Source: Eledone cirrhosa (taxonomy: Eukaryota). Taken from it: DNA of 64,000 nt. The notes below the pieces were generated by a model. That model was not told the DNA's origin. It did no database searches and was given only the letters and a program-made list of their open reading frames with translations. Positions 27,410 to 41,411 of this stretch are shown here, in pieces. The number at the start of each line of letters is the position of its first letter. The first letter of the stretch is position 1. Both the position numbers and the translations under genes were made by a program. The stretch covers positions 334,676,001-334,740,000 of the forward strand of contig OZ024740.1 of the NCBI GenBank assembly GCA_964016885.1, given 5' to 3'.

Positions 27410-27724
27410 GTGTATGTGTGTGTGTGTATGTATGAATGTATGTATGTGTATATGTGTGCATATATGTGTATGTGTGTGTATGTGTACGCTCTTTATATTT
27501 ATATATATATATATATATGTGTATATGTATATGTGTATGCGTACATTTATATATATGTATATGTGTATGTGTGTGTAAGTATGCTTTTGTGTTTTTTTGT
27601 GTGTGTTTGCATGTGTAGTTTTATTTTATTTTATTTTCCCTTTCCTTTTCCCTTTTCCAGCCTCACTTTCATATAGATTGCATTTTTGTTTTTAGAATCC
27701 ATATTCAATAAACAAACCAGGATT

Positions 27725-27784
27725 TTTCATTCTGAGGATTGAAAGCAAAACCCTTTGCTTTTAAGAAACCACTGGTAAATGGAA
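27725..27784 (+). ncRNA. Type I hammerhead ribozyme
   Basis: TTTCATT CTGAGGA TTGAAAGCAAA-accc-TTTGCTTTTAA GAAA CCAcTGG TA AATGGAA; 11-bp stem II. Confidence 0.85.
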
Positions 27785-27883
27785 TAATTGCCTTATGTTG
27801 TTTATTACATAATAATAATAATTAAGCTCTGTTGCTTACATAGAGCACTCTTTTTTCCTGGACTTTTCCGATGGAATTATTTC

Positions 27884-27952
<69 letters not shown>

Positions 27953-28292
27953 TATATATATATGTATGTATATGTATATATGTGGGGGGGGGGGGGGGCT
28001 GTGTGCGTGTGTATGGTAAACTTATCGCCTGGAAACACATGTTAATTGTGTATATATATTTATACACGTTTGTGAAGTATCGGTTACACATATTATTCAT
28101 AGATATATAACTTCATCAGCGGCTAGAGTACTTCTCAATGAACATATTAACTAATTATCATAAATGTGTCTAATAGTAATTTCTGGCGTGTTCACACAGA
28201 TATATATTAGATACCTGTATATGTTTATGAAATTCGGTGCAATCTCAATTGCGCAATTTCAAATACAGCAGAAACACCGGTTGCTAGCATAC

Positions 28293-28341
<49 letters not shown>

Positions 28342-28348
<7 letters not shown>

Positions 28349-28448
28349 ATCTATATTTGAAGTTCACTCTAAACTTCAATTAGTTGCGTACCTAGCTATG
28401 TGTGCTTATACCCTTTACAAATTATCCCCTATGTTTGTTTTATATGTT

Positions 28449-28522
<74 letters not shown>

Positions 28523-28940
28523 TTCTAGTTGATATAAAAGCTCGGATCTATTCATTGGAATCTTTGAGCATTTTCTACAGAGGTTGTGGCGCATGTTTCT
28601 CAGAAATGACATCCTTAATTTTTAAATGTATCATTTTCAAATGCAACACGTGCTTCTAATTATTCGCAGATTTGCACTTGCTGTGTAAGCACAAATAGTT
28701 AAATATATTCCTTTGCTGACGATCCGTGATTTGACTACTGTGATTTAGCGATTGATAGTGAAATATATACAAAGGAGCTTAATCATTTTTAAAAGGAATC
28801 TATATTTGAAGTTCTCGTTAATCTTTAATTAGTTACCTACCTAGCTATGTGTGCTTACACTGTTTACAAATTATCCCCTGTGATTGCTTTATATGTTTAT
28901 TTCATATATATATATATATGTCAATCGATTTCTAGTTGAT
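28342..28940 (+). mobile_element. ORF-less ~450-bp tandem HHR unit (retrozyme-like)
   Basis: CTATATTTGAAGTTC..CTAGCTATGTGTGCTTA..TTTACAAATTATCCCCT..CGATTTCTAGTTGATAT occurs from ~28351 and ~28800; HHR between the copies. Confidence 0.7.
28709..28776 (+). ncRNA. Type I hammerhead motif
   Basis: Perfect 7-bp stem I TCCTTTG/CAAAGGA around CTGACGA .. GAAA TATA TA; stem II pairing is weak. Confidence 0.72.
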
Positions 28941-28941
28941 A

Positions 28942-29061
<120 letters not shown>

Positions 29062-29444
29062 AAAACGATTATTAGGAAGAAACATTTGTTTTTCCCCATT
29101 ATTTTTTTTCTGGGGTTAAAAATGTTTAAAACAAATGATTTAACTTTCTGTGAAGTGTCAAAGCATTAATTAATTTATTTATTAATTAACAATCACCGGT
29201 TTCGGGCATTTTATGCATTTTAAAATTGTGTGAGTGGGAGAGAAAAAAAAAGGAGTTTGTGTTTGTACAAAATGTAGAATAGAAATTAAGGTGATGTTAA
29301 ACATGTTAAAATAAGAACAGGAGGTGATGGGAAAGAGGAAATAATATTATTTACAAACATGGTTTTTGAAGACAAGCAGTGCAAACATTATTTTTTAGGC
29401 GAGATAATTGGAAAACGTTCCTTCTTTGAGGAGGCAAATGGCCG

Positions 29445-29476
<32 letters not shown>

Positions 29477-29607
29477 GTAGGAATGTGATGTGAAAACATG
29501 TTTATCCACTTGCGTGCGAGGCACGTTTCGCGATCGATCAACTCAAGGTATAATCAGTAGCGATCGTACCCGACTTTGTTGACAACGGCTCATTAAAATC
29601 GTAGTAC

Positions 29608-29669
<62 letters not shown>

Positions 29670-29673
29670 ATAA

Positions 29674-29734
<61 letters not shown>

Positions 29735-29736
<2 letters not shown>

Positions 29737-29931
29737 AAAATAGTCAGGACCCCGACGGCAGAGCTCTAGCCGTTTTGACGGCTATTACTGGACGTCCAAA
29801 AATAGCCGTCGAAATGGCTTGAGCTCCGCCGTCGGGGTCCTGACTATTTTCCTATTATCCACTCTACTACCCAATATATTGAGTACTCTTGTGCGTTATG
29901 GTCCCCCTGGTTCCTTACCACACTTTCTTCG

Positions 29932-29932
<1 letters not shown>
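29735..29932. mobile_element. Inverted mini-element of the GUC-HHR pLTR family
   Basis: 29735-29790 is the reverse complement of ~29795-29853; holds only the 3' half of the HHR; sits in (TA)n. Confidence 0.75.
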
Positions 29933-29973
<41 letters not shown>

Positions 29974-29984
29974 ATATATGTCTT

Positions 29985-30027
<43 letters not shown>

Positions 30028-30643
30028 CGTGTGCTTTATTCATCAACATCATACATCATACATTGCCTATCGTTATGTTCTCCTTTGACCTACAGGTATT
30101 GTTGTAGAAAATTGTTCTTTTTCCTAGGTACCCTTTAAGAGAACGATGTCTTGCTTTTATGGCATTCCTAGCCATGGCATTATTTGTACATATCTCTATA
30201 TTTCCTCGCATAAACTAACTAATTGCAGTCTATATGTAGACATCTGTAAATATTTCGTCGACACCTATGATGCTATAAATCTGAGATATGTGCATATTGC
30301 TATTTCGAACTCGGATTATAAATCACAAATATACAGAGGGCCTATCTCTTAATTTCTTATTTCTTTGTGCTCTCTGTTTATGTTTTAGTATATGTGTGTA
30401 TGTGCAGTGAGTTGAATGGTATATATTTGCGTGCGTGTATAGTTTGCTGATGATGGGGATGGTGGTGGTTGTGATTGTAGTTGCGTTGGTGGTGGTGGCA
30501 AAATGTGTATTTTTATTTTTATTTTATTTTTGCTTTTAGTGACGAGTGTTCACGTGTGTGAATATATGCGAGCAATGTTGCCATTTTTTTTATTTTGGTT
30601 TTGGTTTTCGATTTCATTATATCTACTCGCTCTCTCCTCCCGC

Positions 30644-30687
<44 letters not shown>

Positions 30688-31202
30688 ATCTCTCTCTCTC
30701 TCTCACTATCTCTATCTCTCTCTCTTCCTCACACACTCTCACACATATATATAGACGTGTGTAGACATATACGTTTGTTATTTTTGTGGTTCTTGATTGC
30801 ATTTTTTGTTAATTTTATTTCTGTCCAATGGCTTGTCGTCATTTGCATTTATTTAAATTTTTTTTTTCATCTCATCCGTTCCTTTTATGTCGTACGTCCG
30901 CCTGGTGACCATTTCTGTTTATTGTCTTTGTTGGTTTTTGCTGGTTATTGAGTTTTTGTTCTGTCCTATCAAGTGTTTTGCGGTTAACGATTGAAGTATA
31001 TTCTTGCCAATATTTTTTGCTGCTTTTTATTTATTTATCCCGAAGAATTCATGCGTGTCGGTGTTTGTCTGCCTAGCTCAAGCTAAAGGCACACTGTGAA
31101 ATGATTACCTGATCATCATCATCATCGTCATCCTATTAACAATTATCACCGCTTCTGTTGTGTGTTCCTCATAGATATGAATGTCTACCACACAAATATA
31201 TA

Positions 31203-31489
<287 letters not shown>

Positions 31490-32450
31490 AACTGTTGAAA
31501 TGGCAAGTGCACCGCTCTCAGGTCCCAACTCTTTATATTATACATATAAACAGCTCTAACTCTGTATATGGAAAACATTGGACCAACCCCCAAAAGAATA
31601 GGGCAATAAATACACGCATACTGGGGACCGTGACAACCACGATCTTTAGTCTACTCCTCTAAACTCACTGAAAACCGTCGGGAAGTCATAGCTTAAAATC
31701 CTGTCACGATGATTCTTACAAATTTGAAATACATCGTTCAGAAGATATGGATAAGACGAATGGCTGAATAGTAAGACTGCACGACACAGGAGGTAGACGA
31801 AGATACAAATTGTAATTAAATGTCTAAGATAATTATGGACAGACAAGAGCAAAAGGGCTGCTGTAACAATACCAAACAACTGGTCGTCAGATCTAGAAAA
31901 CTTTACACATAGATGATGCATCGCTATAGGAAGAAGGCCACGTTTAGGAGGACAATGATGCGTCCACTTCGAAATATAGCCATTAAGAAAGCGAAGTTTG
32001 AAGCGCCGCAGTCAGCTCTTGCCGAGAAAAATAGGGAGATAATCAAGCAGAGAGAAGGATATGGATCTAGAAATGGTGACAAAAATACGTGGGACAAGAA
32101 AGAGATATCTGTTCACAGTTAACAGCTTTTAACCAAAAGTCAGAGATGAGAGAATACTTTGATGTATTAACTTAGTGATGATTCGAGTGGACATTGAGCA
32201 ACACATGAGCCAAAAAGATAGTACAGTAACGGACGTAAAAGCTGAGGAACGTAATATACACAACAATGAGAACGATAAATGCCGATTTTCAGGCTTAGCG
32301 TCCTATAACGAGAATAATTCCAAATTATCGATGTAAATGATGAACACGGGGAATAGAAGGCTACATGAGGCCGACGCACAAACTGGCAAAATGTTAGGTA
32401 AATAAGGAAATTGTAACTGAATACCTGGGAGCAGATCATATATGCGTGTG

Positions 32451-32497
<47 letters not shown>

Positions 32498-33299
32498 ACA
32501 TGTATGTATGTATTTATGTTTATATATATGTACGTATGGATGTATTATGTATATGTGTGTATTCATGTATGTATGATTCTTTGTATTAACAACTTGTTAG
32601 TAACACAGGGTTGACGAACAGTTAATATATATTAAACTATTAACATTTAACATATATTTTAGAAGATTTAACTTAATGAAAATGAAGATATAACTACAGA
32701 TTATTTAAATATATCTTTTTAATAGAAGACTCATTGTTGAATGAATGATGCATAAACCATTCCCTATTGATCTAAACACAGAAAACATAAGATTACTTTT
32801 AAGCATTTCAGAGATTTTTTGCTTCCATCAAAATATAAATATCATGCCATTTTGATTGTGTATTGAGGTGAATCTTTCTATAACATGATATATAATACAG
32901 CTGAAGTAGCGTAATTTGCATGTGGTTCATTTGTTTTGAAACTTAATGAGTTGAGAAAAGATATTTATGCTATATCACGGTGTATATTAGACGGTTTAAG
33001 CTCTATTTTTGTCACTCCTAAATATTTGAAGGTTCTGTATCCGGGGAACATCTAAACAAGTTTTAGATCCATGGTTTCTTATAGGAAATAAACAACAGTA
33101 AACGCATACTTTAAAAGGAAAAGGACCCCATAATGTAGATTTTTGGGAGCTCCAGCATGTTTTGTGAGGCGATAGACTTTTTTGCTGCCATAAGTATCAG
33201 TGGAGCATGTAGCTGTGCGGTGGTTTGACTGATAACTAACCGCAACATGAACTAAGTTGTTTTTGGGTGTGCCTTTGTATTTTTCTTTAGGGGGATAAG

Positions 33300-33385
<86 letters not shown>

Positions 33386-34250
33386 GAGGCAGACTGATGA
33401 AAAATGGGTGTGACAGCGAAGAAAAGTATAGATTCTCCATGAAAGATGGTATAACAGATACATAATAGATATATAGATGGGTAAGAGAAAACAAAGGCGT
33501 TAAATCATAAGTTACGTAAAGGAAATTGACTGGCAGCTAAGTCATATACACACACGTACATACGTGCATATATATATATATACATATATATAGAGCGAGT
33601 GAGACACATACATAATTTTATGCATCCATATATATATGTATGTACTCACATATGCATACATAAATATATACATAGGCACATGTAAAAGGAAAGAGTACCG
33701 CCGGAAGATTCCTATCAAAACACTAGTAAAATGTAAACATAACCCTCAAGACGTAATGGAAGATGACAGTAAAATGAAAGCATGCACAGTAGTGGGAATC
33801 AAATGTGCAGTGTATCTAGATATATTGTTAGTGATTAGTGAAAAGTCATGCTCATGTTTTTGGGAACCTAACGGTACACAACACTCACTATCGGTTTAGA
33901 TTCTACCTATGATATTAAGGGCTTTTGTACGTAAGTAACTGCCTCTTCAACTCAACATTGGTTCATTTACGTTTTAAAATGTGTTTGCAGCTAAGCTTCT
34001 AAGAGCCAGAAAGATAAATGTATTTTTGGAAATTATAATTAATTAATGGAATTGAGAAAATATGTAAATACATGTAATAACTCCATATACTCACATATAG
34101 ATATAGAACTATATATATATATATGTGCCCATGTGTAATTAGAAATATACAGATCCTTCTATCTATCCATATATAATACACAAAGATGGGATTAGAAGAT
34201 TGATGAATATGCACACACACACACGTTTGCATTACCAATATTTCATAGAC

Positions 34251-34442
<192 letters not shown>

Positions 34443-34544
34443 GTGCGTGTGTGTGTGTATAGTGTATAGTGGTAGCTATGGTGCTTCCGTAGGGGGTATG
34501 ACAAAATAAATTAACACTCGATATTCATCAGAGTAGAGTGTAGA

Positions 34545-34885
34545 TATTATAAAGAAAACGAAAAATCAGTGATGCTTCTCGACTTCGTTTATTTCGTGTT
34601 ACAAATGTTTCGCCGGCATGTAGCTCGAGTCATGGTCCTTGTATGGATCTGGCTGATTCTACTTCTGCGGGTTCCTTCAGACACGGGTGTTATGTCCGCA
34701 GCAAATGTTATCACAGTGATAACATTTGCTGCTGACATAACACCCGTGTCTGAAAGAACGCGCAGAAGTAGAATCAGCCAGATCCATACAAGGACCATGA
34801 CTCGAGCTATATGCCGGCGAAACATTTGTAACACGAAATAAACGAAGTCCAGATGCATCACTGATTTTTCGTTTTCTTTATAATA
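34545..34885. repeat. Near-perfect ~340-bp palindrome with an HHR-like motif in each arm
   Basis: Centre GTTATCAC-A-GTGATAAC at 34715; arm motif CGTGT CTGAA(A/G)G .. GAAA CATTTG TA ACACG (34745-34835). Confidence 0.85.
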
Positions 34886-35825
34886 TATATATATATAATT
34901 GTGTATGAACATGTGCGTGTTTATCCATATAATTCGATCGCACTTATGTATAGTGATTATCCCAAGATTCGTGACAAAAAGACATATAATAACTGCCATA
35001 AATACATAACAGGTAATCTTATAAAACTTATATAACAAATTTTGTTTAATAACATAAAGTATGTATAACACAAAATTTCCTTTAATATCTTAACAATTTA
35101 ACACTTTATAAGATTCCTATATCTTAAATTAAATTAAAGAATCCTTTATATTTTGTATGTATATGTTATATACGTACTTAGATATGTATATGTATTTTTA
35201 TAAGTGTGTATATATATTTTTTGCGTGTGTATTCGTGTTATGTTATATATAGATCTTTAATAATATATTGATTTCTTAATATATAGATCCCAATTTTTAA
35301 TATATTGATCTCAATATTTAACTGATTAACTAAACATCTTATCATATTTAAACAATGGTTAAATTTTTCATATTATATATGTATATTCCATTCATGATTA
35401 TTAACATTTCTAATTTTTATTTATTCATTTCATCTCAATTGTTAAGTTAACTCAACAAGATATGACTTAGAGTTTTTCGTTCTCTCTCATTTTTTTCGTC
35501 TCCTCTGTTTCTCTCTCTGTTTATTCTGCTCTCTCTCTTTCATTCTCTATCTTTCTATTTCTCCGTAACACAACGGCTTATTTTAAAAATATCCAATACT
35601 AATAATTAACGCTATAACTCCCCTATCCGGGAGCTTCCAACAGTAATGGTTGCATTCTTTAAGGGTATGTCAATATTTATTTATAAAACTTATCTATATT
35701 ATATTTTATCTAATGAAAGCACACCATAATTTAACTTGGTGTCCTTGAAATATGTATAATGAAATAAATATGGTTTTATAAATATAGTTTCCATTTGTTA
35801 ATATCGTATATATATATATATATAA

Positions 35826-36026
35826 TTTTAATATAGATGAGATTCTACAGGACTAGAACTGTTGCATTCTTTAGAAATCATCAAGAATCTCATGATTCCT
35901 GATGATTTCTAAAGAATGAAACAGTTCTAGTCCTGTAGAATCTCATCTATATTAAAACTTTTACACTCTGCAATGTATTGAGTACCTTATCACCTGTGGT
36001 TACCTCTGATTCAACCCGGAATAACG

Positions 36027-36028
<2 letters not shown>
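35826..36028. mobile_element. Minimal inverted pLTR insertion (two back-to-back HHRs plus tail)
   Basis: Same family as 6014-6148; flanked by TA repeats. Confidence 0.8.
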
Positions 36029-36070
<42 letters not shown>

Positions 36071-37766
36071 GGTATTTATTTGTGGGCACAAAAATCTATT
36101 CTAATGATATATTTTCCCTGTTCATGCATCCTCTAAATGTTACTGCTATTTTTTTTGATTTGACTGGTTTTAGTCATTAGACAACGGGATGGTTAGGCGC
36201 CATGGGCAAGTCGATCATATCAACCCAATACGTATTTTTTTCGAGTTTGTTGTTTATATTATCGATCTTTATTTCTTTAACCACAACGTTAGTGTTATAA
36301 ACACAGACACGGACATGAAAAAAATACATTAACAAGACATGAGCATATAGATTCTATACAAAAATTGAAATAACTTCTCAAAAATAGAAATCTATCTGTC
36401 ATATTGTGTCATTATGTTTTTATTCTAGGTGGACTGCAATAGCACATTTTACAGACTTTTCCCTGAGCTCACTATGCGGCAAGAAGTGTTGGCAGCGGCC
36501 TATACTTTCGTCTTTGGAATAGCTAATATCTCTAATGGAACTCTAATATAAAACGGAAACGTATTTATCAAGAGAATTGCGACATCAGTTTCAGACAACT
36601 AAATAGAGATAGCAATGCACATCATATTGGGAACGAAGCCAACTCTATCCATTTAATTGTTTTTTCTTTCTATTTTTCTTTCTTTTTTTCTGATAACAAT
36701 CAATCGAACACTTGTACACAGTTGTGATTTTCTTTGTAACAGAATTGACTCGCCCAGATGATGAATGAGTAGAGCTATCTAGAAAGTAAATCTCTTGTTG
36801 CAATAATCTAGCGCTGAATTTAACGGAGAAAACAGATACGTAAAAATATATAGGAACAAACTTTGGTGGAATAAATACAAGTTGGCTGATTTCATAAAAC
36901 GGCGATGGAAAATAAAATAAATTACTCTTGATATCTGAACGCTGCATTAGCTATAACATTGCATTGGCAAATTGCGCTAAGTTTCAATCTGAGATTTCAA
37001 ATCTTTCTTGGAATGACAATGGCATTCCTCCTTGAAATGATGAGCACTGCAGTGTGTACGAAAATTAGTATATAAAATAATGTAAAAACGTTAACCTAAC
37101 ACTAAAGCGCCAGGTTCTACCTGTTGATATATTAATTATAATCCTGAAGCAGGGAAAAGGCTGTTTTACATTACTATAGTAATCTTTCTCTTAGAAGTGA
37201 CAATATATGTCCTCCTTTAAAATTTATTTCCAAGTACATTGATGCTTACTAGAGAAAAAAGTCAATTTTTCATACAAGAAATTACATTTTAACCAATGAT
37301 TCTTTGTTTGTTTTGGGTTTTTATTTTTCATCGTAGATTCCCAAATTATATATCTTCTATGGATTCTCACGTTAATCGCTTTGAATTTAATTATATACCA
37401 CTAAACTTTTTAATGGTTGTACATATACATTACTTTATTTGTTATACAAATACTGGGAAACTTGATCAAAGATATAAACTATTTTTGTTGCTTTTTCATC
37501 TGCACCTATCTATTGATAGAAAACATAACTCACTTTATTACAATTTCTTATATATCTAAATTAAATTCTGCACACACACACAAACACAGACATATATATA
37601 AATATATATAAATAAATAGATAGATATGTTTGTGGGTGCGCGTGTGTGCGTGTGTGTGTGTGTATTTATATAGATATTTATGTGTGTGTATGCATGCAAG
37701 TATGTATAGATGGGTGAATTTAAGTGCTAACCTGCTATCATAATAATAAGGAATGACAACAATAAC

Positions 37767-37922
37767 TGTTTCTACTTTTAGGCACAAGGCCAGCAATTAC
37801 CCAGTGCATTACTGGTACTTTATTTTATCGTCAACCTCGGCGGGATTTGAACTCAGATCGTAAAGGGACGTAACTATGCTGGAAAGAATGTCGTCCGAGC
37901 CTCTACCGATACTGCCAATCCA
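37767..37922 (-). mobile_element. tRNA-derived SINE (same family as 9587)
   Basis: Reverse complement of GGATTGGCAGTATCGGTAGAGG..GAGTTCAAATCCCGCCGAGG..AAGTAGAAAC. Confidence 0.85.
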
Positions 37923-38134
37923 ACAATTGATTATAAACATAGCTATTATATAATGTATATGTTTCGTGCAGGAGAAAGAGCATCAATATATATATCAATA
38001 TATATAAACAGATGGACCATAACGCACCAGAGTACTCAATACTTAGTGTAGTAGAGTGGCAAATAGGAAAAAGTATGACCCCGACAGCAGAGCTCAAGCC
38101 GTTTCGACGGCTATTTCTGGACTCTCTCTATATA

Positions 38135-39285
38135 TATGTGGTCGAATAGCCTACCAGACGTACTTAACTCAAATCTGGCACCAGTGTCCAAACCGCCAAG
38201 TGCATGCTGGAATATTACAGAAAAGATCAAAGTAAAGAGGGTAGGGGGCATGACACAACCTTCCTTCGCACAATTTGTTGCACCAACGGGTTCAGAACAT
38301 TCACCATCTGACATAACTGATGATTTCAAGCGCTCATAGAAAGCTATGATCAGATTTAGCATAGTATTATGTGTGCCAAGCTTTTTTAGAATATTCCAGA
38401 GAGCTTTGCGATCGACAGTGTGAAAGGCCTTATTCAGATCAATTAAATCCATAGATCCGTACGTGTTTGTGTTTGATATTAACCCTCACCACTTGAAGGC
38501 TAAAATACTCACACTAACAGGTATTATTCGAGATTAATTTGCTGACAAGTTTGCACTTGTTTCAAACTACCCTAAAGAGATACAGGATTCGGTGTACCCC
38601 TTTTCGCTCGCCTGTAAGGTTTTGGGTCTAACAATCAGTATCGAGAAGACTGAGGTGCTACATTAACAAAAGCTATACCACAGGTATGTAGAAGGCAGTA
38701 AACATGGGCGGCCAGATTGAGGGCATCCTCCTTCCCCCACGACTATTGATGACAAGGATCCGAAATATGTGATATCCTTTATTTACCTTTGGAGCAAAGT
38801 GGCCCACTCTGGTATGATGAGATTGTTAATCGCATTTCCATTACAAATGATGCTTTTGGAAAATTACGTCACCGCTTCTGAAGTATCAGAGGTATGTCCC
38901 TGCAAAGTTGAATACTATCGAGCAGTGATACTGACTACACTCTTATATAGCGCAGAGTCATGGACACCTTACTGCACTCACATTAATATGGTTGATGTCT
39001 TCCACAAACCCTGTTTTCCCACTGTCTGTGGATATGCAAGGTGAAACATTGGTCGGATTGAATAATTTCTTATGCAATCCCATCTCAAATGGGCTGGTCA
39101 CGTACCATGGATGTCTGAGGACCGCATAGCTAAGATATTGTCGTACAGTCAGCTATAGGATGGTGTGCATAGGTGTGAGAAAGCAACTACTTCGATATAA
39201 AGACAACCTGTACAAAAGTATAATCTTAAGTCTGTCAACATGATTCTGTCATCGTTGTATCGTCATATGTTGAATCGACGGTAGA
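38135..39285. mobile_element. RTE-clade LINE fragment with 5' inversion
   Basis: - strand 38135-38452: DLNKAFHTVDRKALW..KEGCVMPPTLF; + strand from ~38460: LFADK, LTISIEKTEV, LLYSAESWT, LKWAGHV. Confidence 0.85.
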
Positions 39286-39287
39286 GT

Positions 39288-39323
<36 letters not shown>

Positions 39324-39324
<1 letters not shown>

Positions 39325-39476
39325 ATTGTTTCTACTTTTTGGCACAAGGCCAGCAATTATACCAGTACATTACTGGTACTTTATTTTATCGACCCCGTAA
39401 GGATGAAATGCAAAGTTAACCTCGGCGGGATTTGAACTCAAAATAACAAGGGCCGACCCTCTACCGATACTGTCAA
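39324..39476 (-). mobile_element. tRNA-derived SINE (same family as 9587)
   Basis: High similarity to the reverse complement of 9587-9741. Confidence 0.85.
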
Positions 39477-39516
39477 ATATGTAAAATTTGGCTTCGTTTA
39501 TATAAATTATAGATAT

Positions 39517-39571
39517 ACTGCTATATATATTTCGGTGACAGCCATCATTGGCTGTGGCCTCTTCAGGCAGT
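39517..39571 (-). ncRNA. Type I hammerhead ribozyme
   Basis: Reverse complement reads ACTGC CTGAAGA GG-cc-ACAGCCA-atga-TGGCTGT-ca-CC GAAA TATATA TA GCAGT. Confidence 0.88.
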
Positions 39572-39699
39572 CCAAATTGGTGTGGAAAAGGCAGGTACAC
39601 ATGTTGTTGAAGTGTGTTTTACTCCATCAATACATCGATATGTCCCGCTCCTGGTAGTGTTGTTATTTCTCTGAGTAACTCGAATCATATCCAACATAC

Positions 39700-39751
<52 letters not shown>

Positions 39752-40214
39752 GAGTGTGTATATATCACACCGTATAATTACCATCTACGTGGTAGCATAT
39801 GAGATATTTCCATTTCACTAAGTAGCTCGTCAATGGCAACCCACTCTGTTTAATAGCACGGAAAGCTATAACAAGTTTAACACATAGCAGTGAGAACCAT
39901 AGTTGAGGATAATAATCAAAAGAACTAAGACGAAACTTCTATGAAAGAATGATGATTTTCATGCCATTCTTTTATCCCACCGTCTGATCAGTGTTAATAC
40001 GTTGGGCATATGCCCAAGAAAAAATATATTCATTATACTTTTTATTTTGACTCCAACCACTGATGTTTAATCTAAGATGGCAAATACTATTGAGCCATTC
40101 AAACCTCTGTGCTGTGTGATATTGAAGAACTTGTAAGTTAGTGTTTTTGTTCATTTTCCCTTATTTATATCTATATATTTTCCCTTATATCATTTTCCCT
40201 TATATATATCTATA

Positions 40215-40259
<45 letters not shown>

Positions 40260-40266
40260 CTCTCTC

Positions 40267-40381
<115 letters not shown>

Positions 40382-40552
40382 TATATTTGTAATATGGTTC
40401 TTAATGTTATCTACATCCTTAGTTATTATAATTTTATTATTTTTAACTTCATTTTTATTATCGTATATCTTTGTAAGACATTAGTGTATGTACACTCCAT
40501 ATTCTTCAGGGTTTCTGGCTTGTATCTGCCGAAATTACCTCTTGTTGTTTTG

Positions 40553-40597
40553 ATTGCCCTGATGAGTCCTTAATAGGACGAAATATTGTCGGCTAAT
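40553..40597 (+). ncRNA. Canonical-core type I hammerhead ribozyme (GUC site)
   Basis: attGCC CTGATGA GTCCT-taat-AGGAC GAAA TATTG TC GGCtaat. Confidence 0.88.
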
Positions 40598-40638
40598 AAA
40601 AACTTTTGATGTATTAAAGGATTCTTTGTTTTACTCTC

Positions 40639-40974
<336 letters not shown>

Positions 40975-41411
40975 ATATCCATATATATGTATGTATGTAT
41001 GTATATATAAATATGCATATATAATGCATTGAGTTCTTTCTGGGAATAATTGTTCTTCTTGAATGCTTTAAAAATTATTGTATCGCGGGAAAACTATTGA
41101 AATTAGCTTTTACCTTATACGGGATTAAAAAAAGAGACCTATTACAAACATTAAGGAACATCTGAGGTATTCCACTCAGAAGTGCAAAGCTTAACACGTA
41201 TTCCTAAACTGAAACAGCTTGTTATCTTTTTCTTAAATTGCTATTCCACTAGTTATCAAATGTTACAAAAACTTAGGCTACCTCAAATTTAGCGTATGTC
41301 AGCCTTGAAAATAAACCTTTTGTAAAATTTACGTCATGTGATAGAAAAGGATAATAAAGGCAGATAGAAAATTCCTATCGATATTTTTAGCACCCATAGT
41401 CGGAAACGATG

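Larger units (their letters stand above)
24985..27890 (+). mobile_element. 5'-truncated Hydra-like PLE (RT C-terminus + GIY-YIG to 26039) with two HHR-bearing repeats
   Basis: NFLDINLDL..KPYHKPN..HPP, frameshift in the C-run near 25325, CSCRKPDECPLQGKC, VY..YVG, CSLC..EK, LNSKTE..CPH; direct repeats ~26416-26520 and ~27712-27810. Confidence 0.9.

Noticed and set aside
29505-29602. Degenerate HHR on the - strand (TTAATGA..GAAA CGTGC-ctc-GCACG CA)
   Set aside because: Several core mismatches; probably a relic but not callable without a consensus.
31017-31125. CCGAAGA..GAAA TGAT..ATCA TC HHR-like motif
   Set aside because: U4 is mutated and the stem I partner is missing.
31646-32500. Possible host exon or LINE fragment
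   Set aside because: Short ORFs without diagnostic motifs or clear splice sites.
34569-35071. Near-identical ORFs on both strands
   Set aside because: A consequence of the palindrome.
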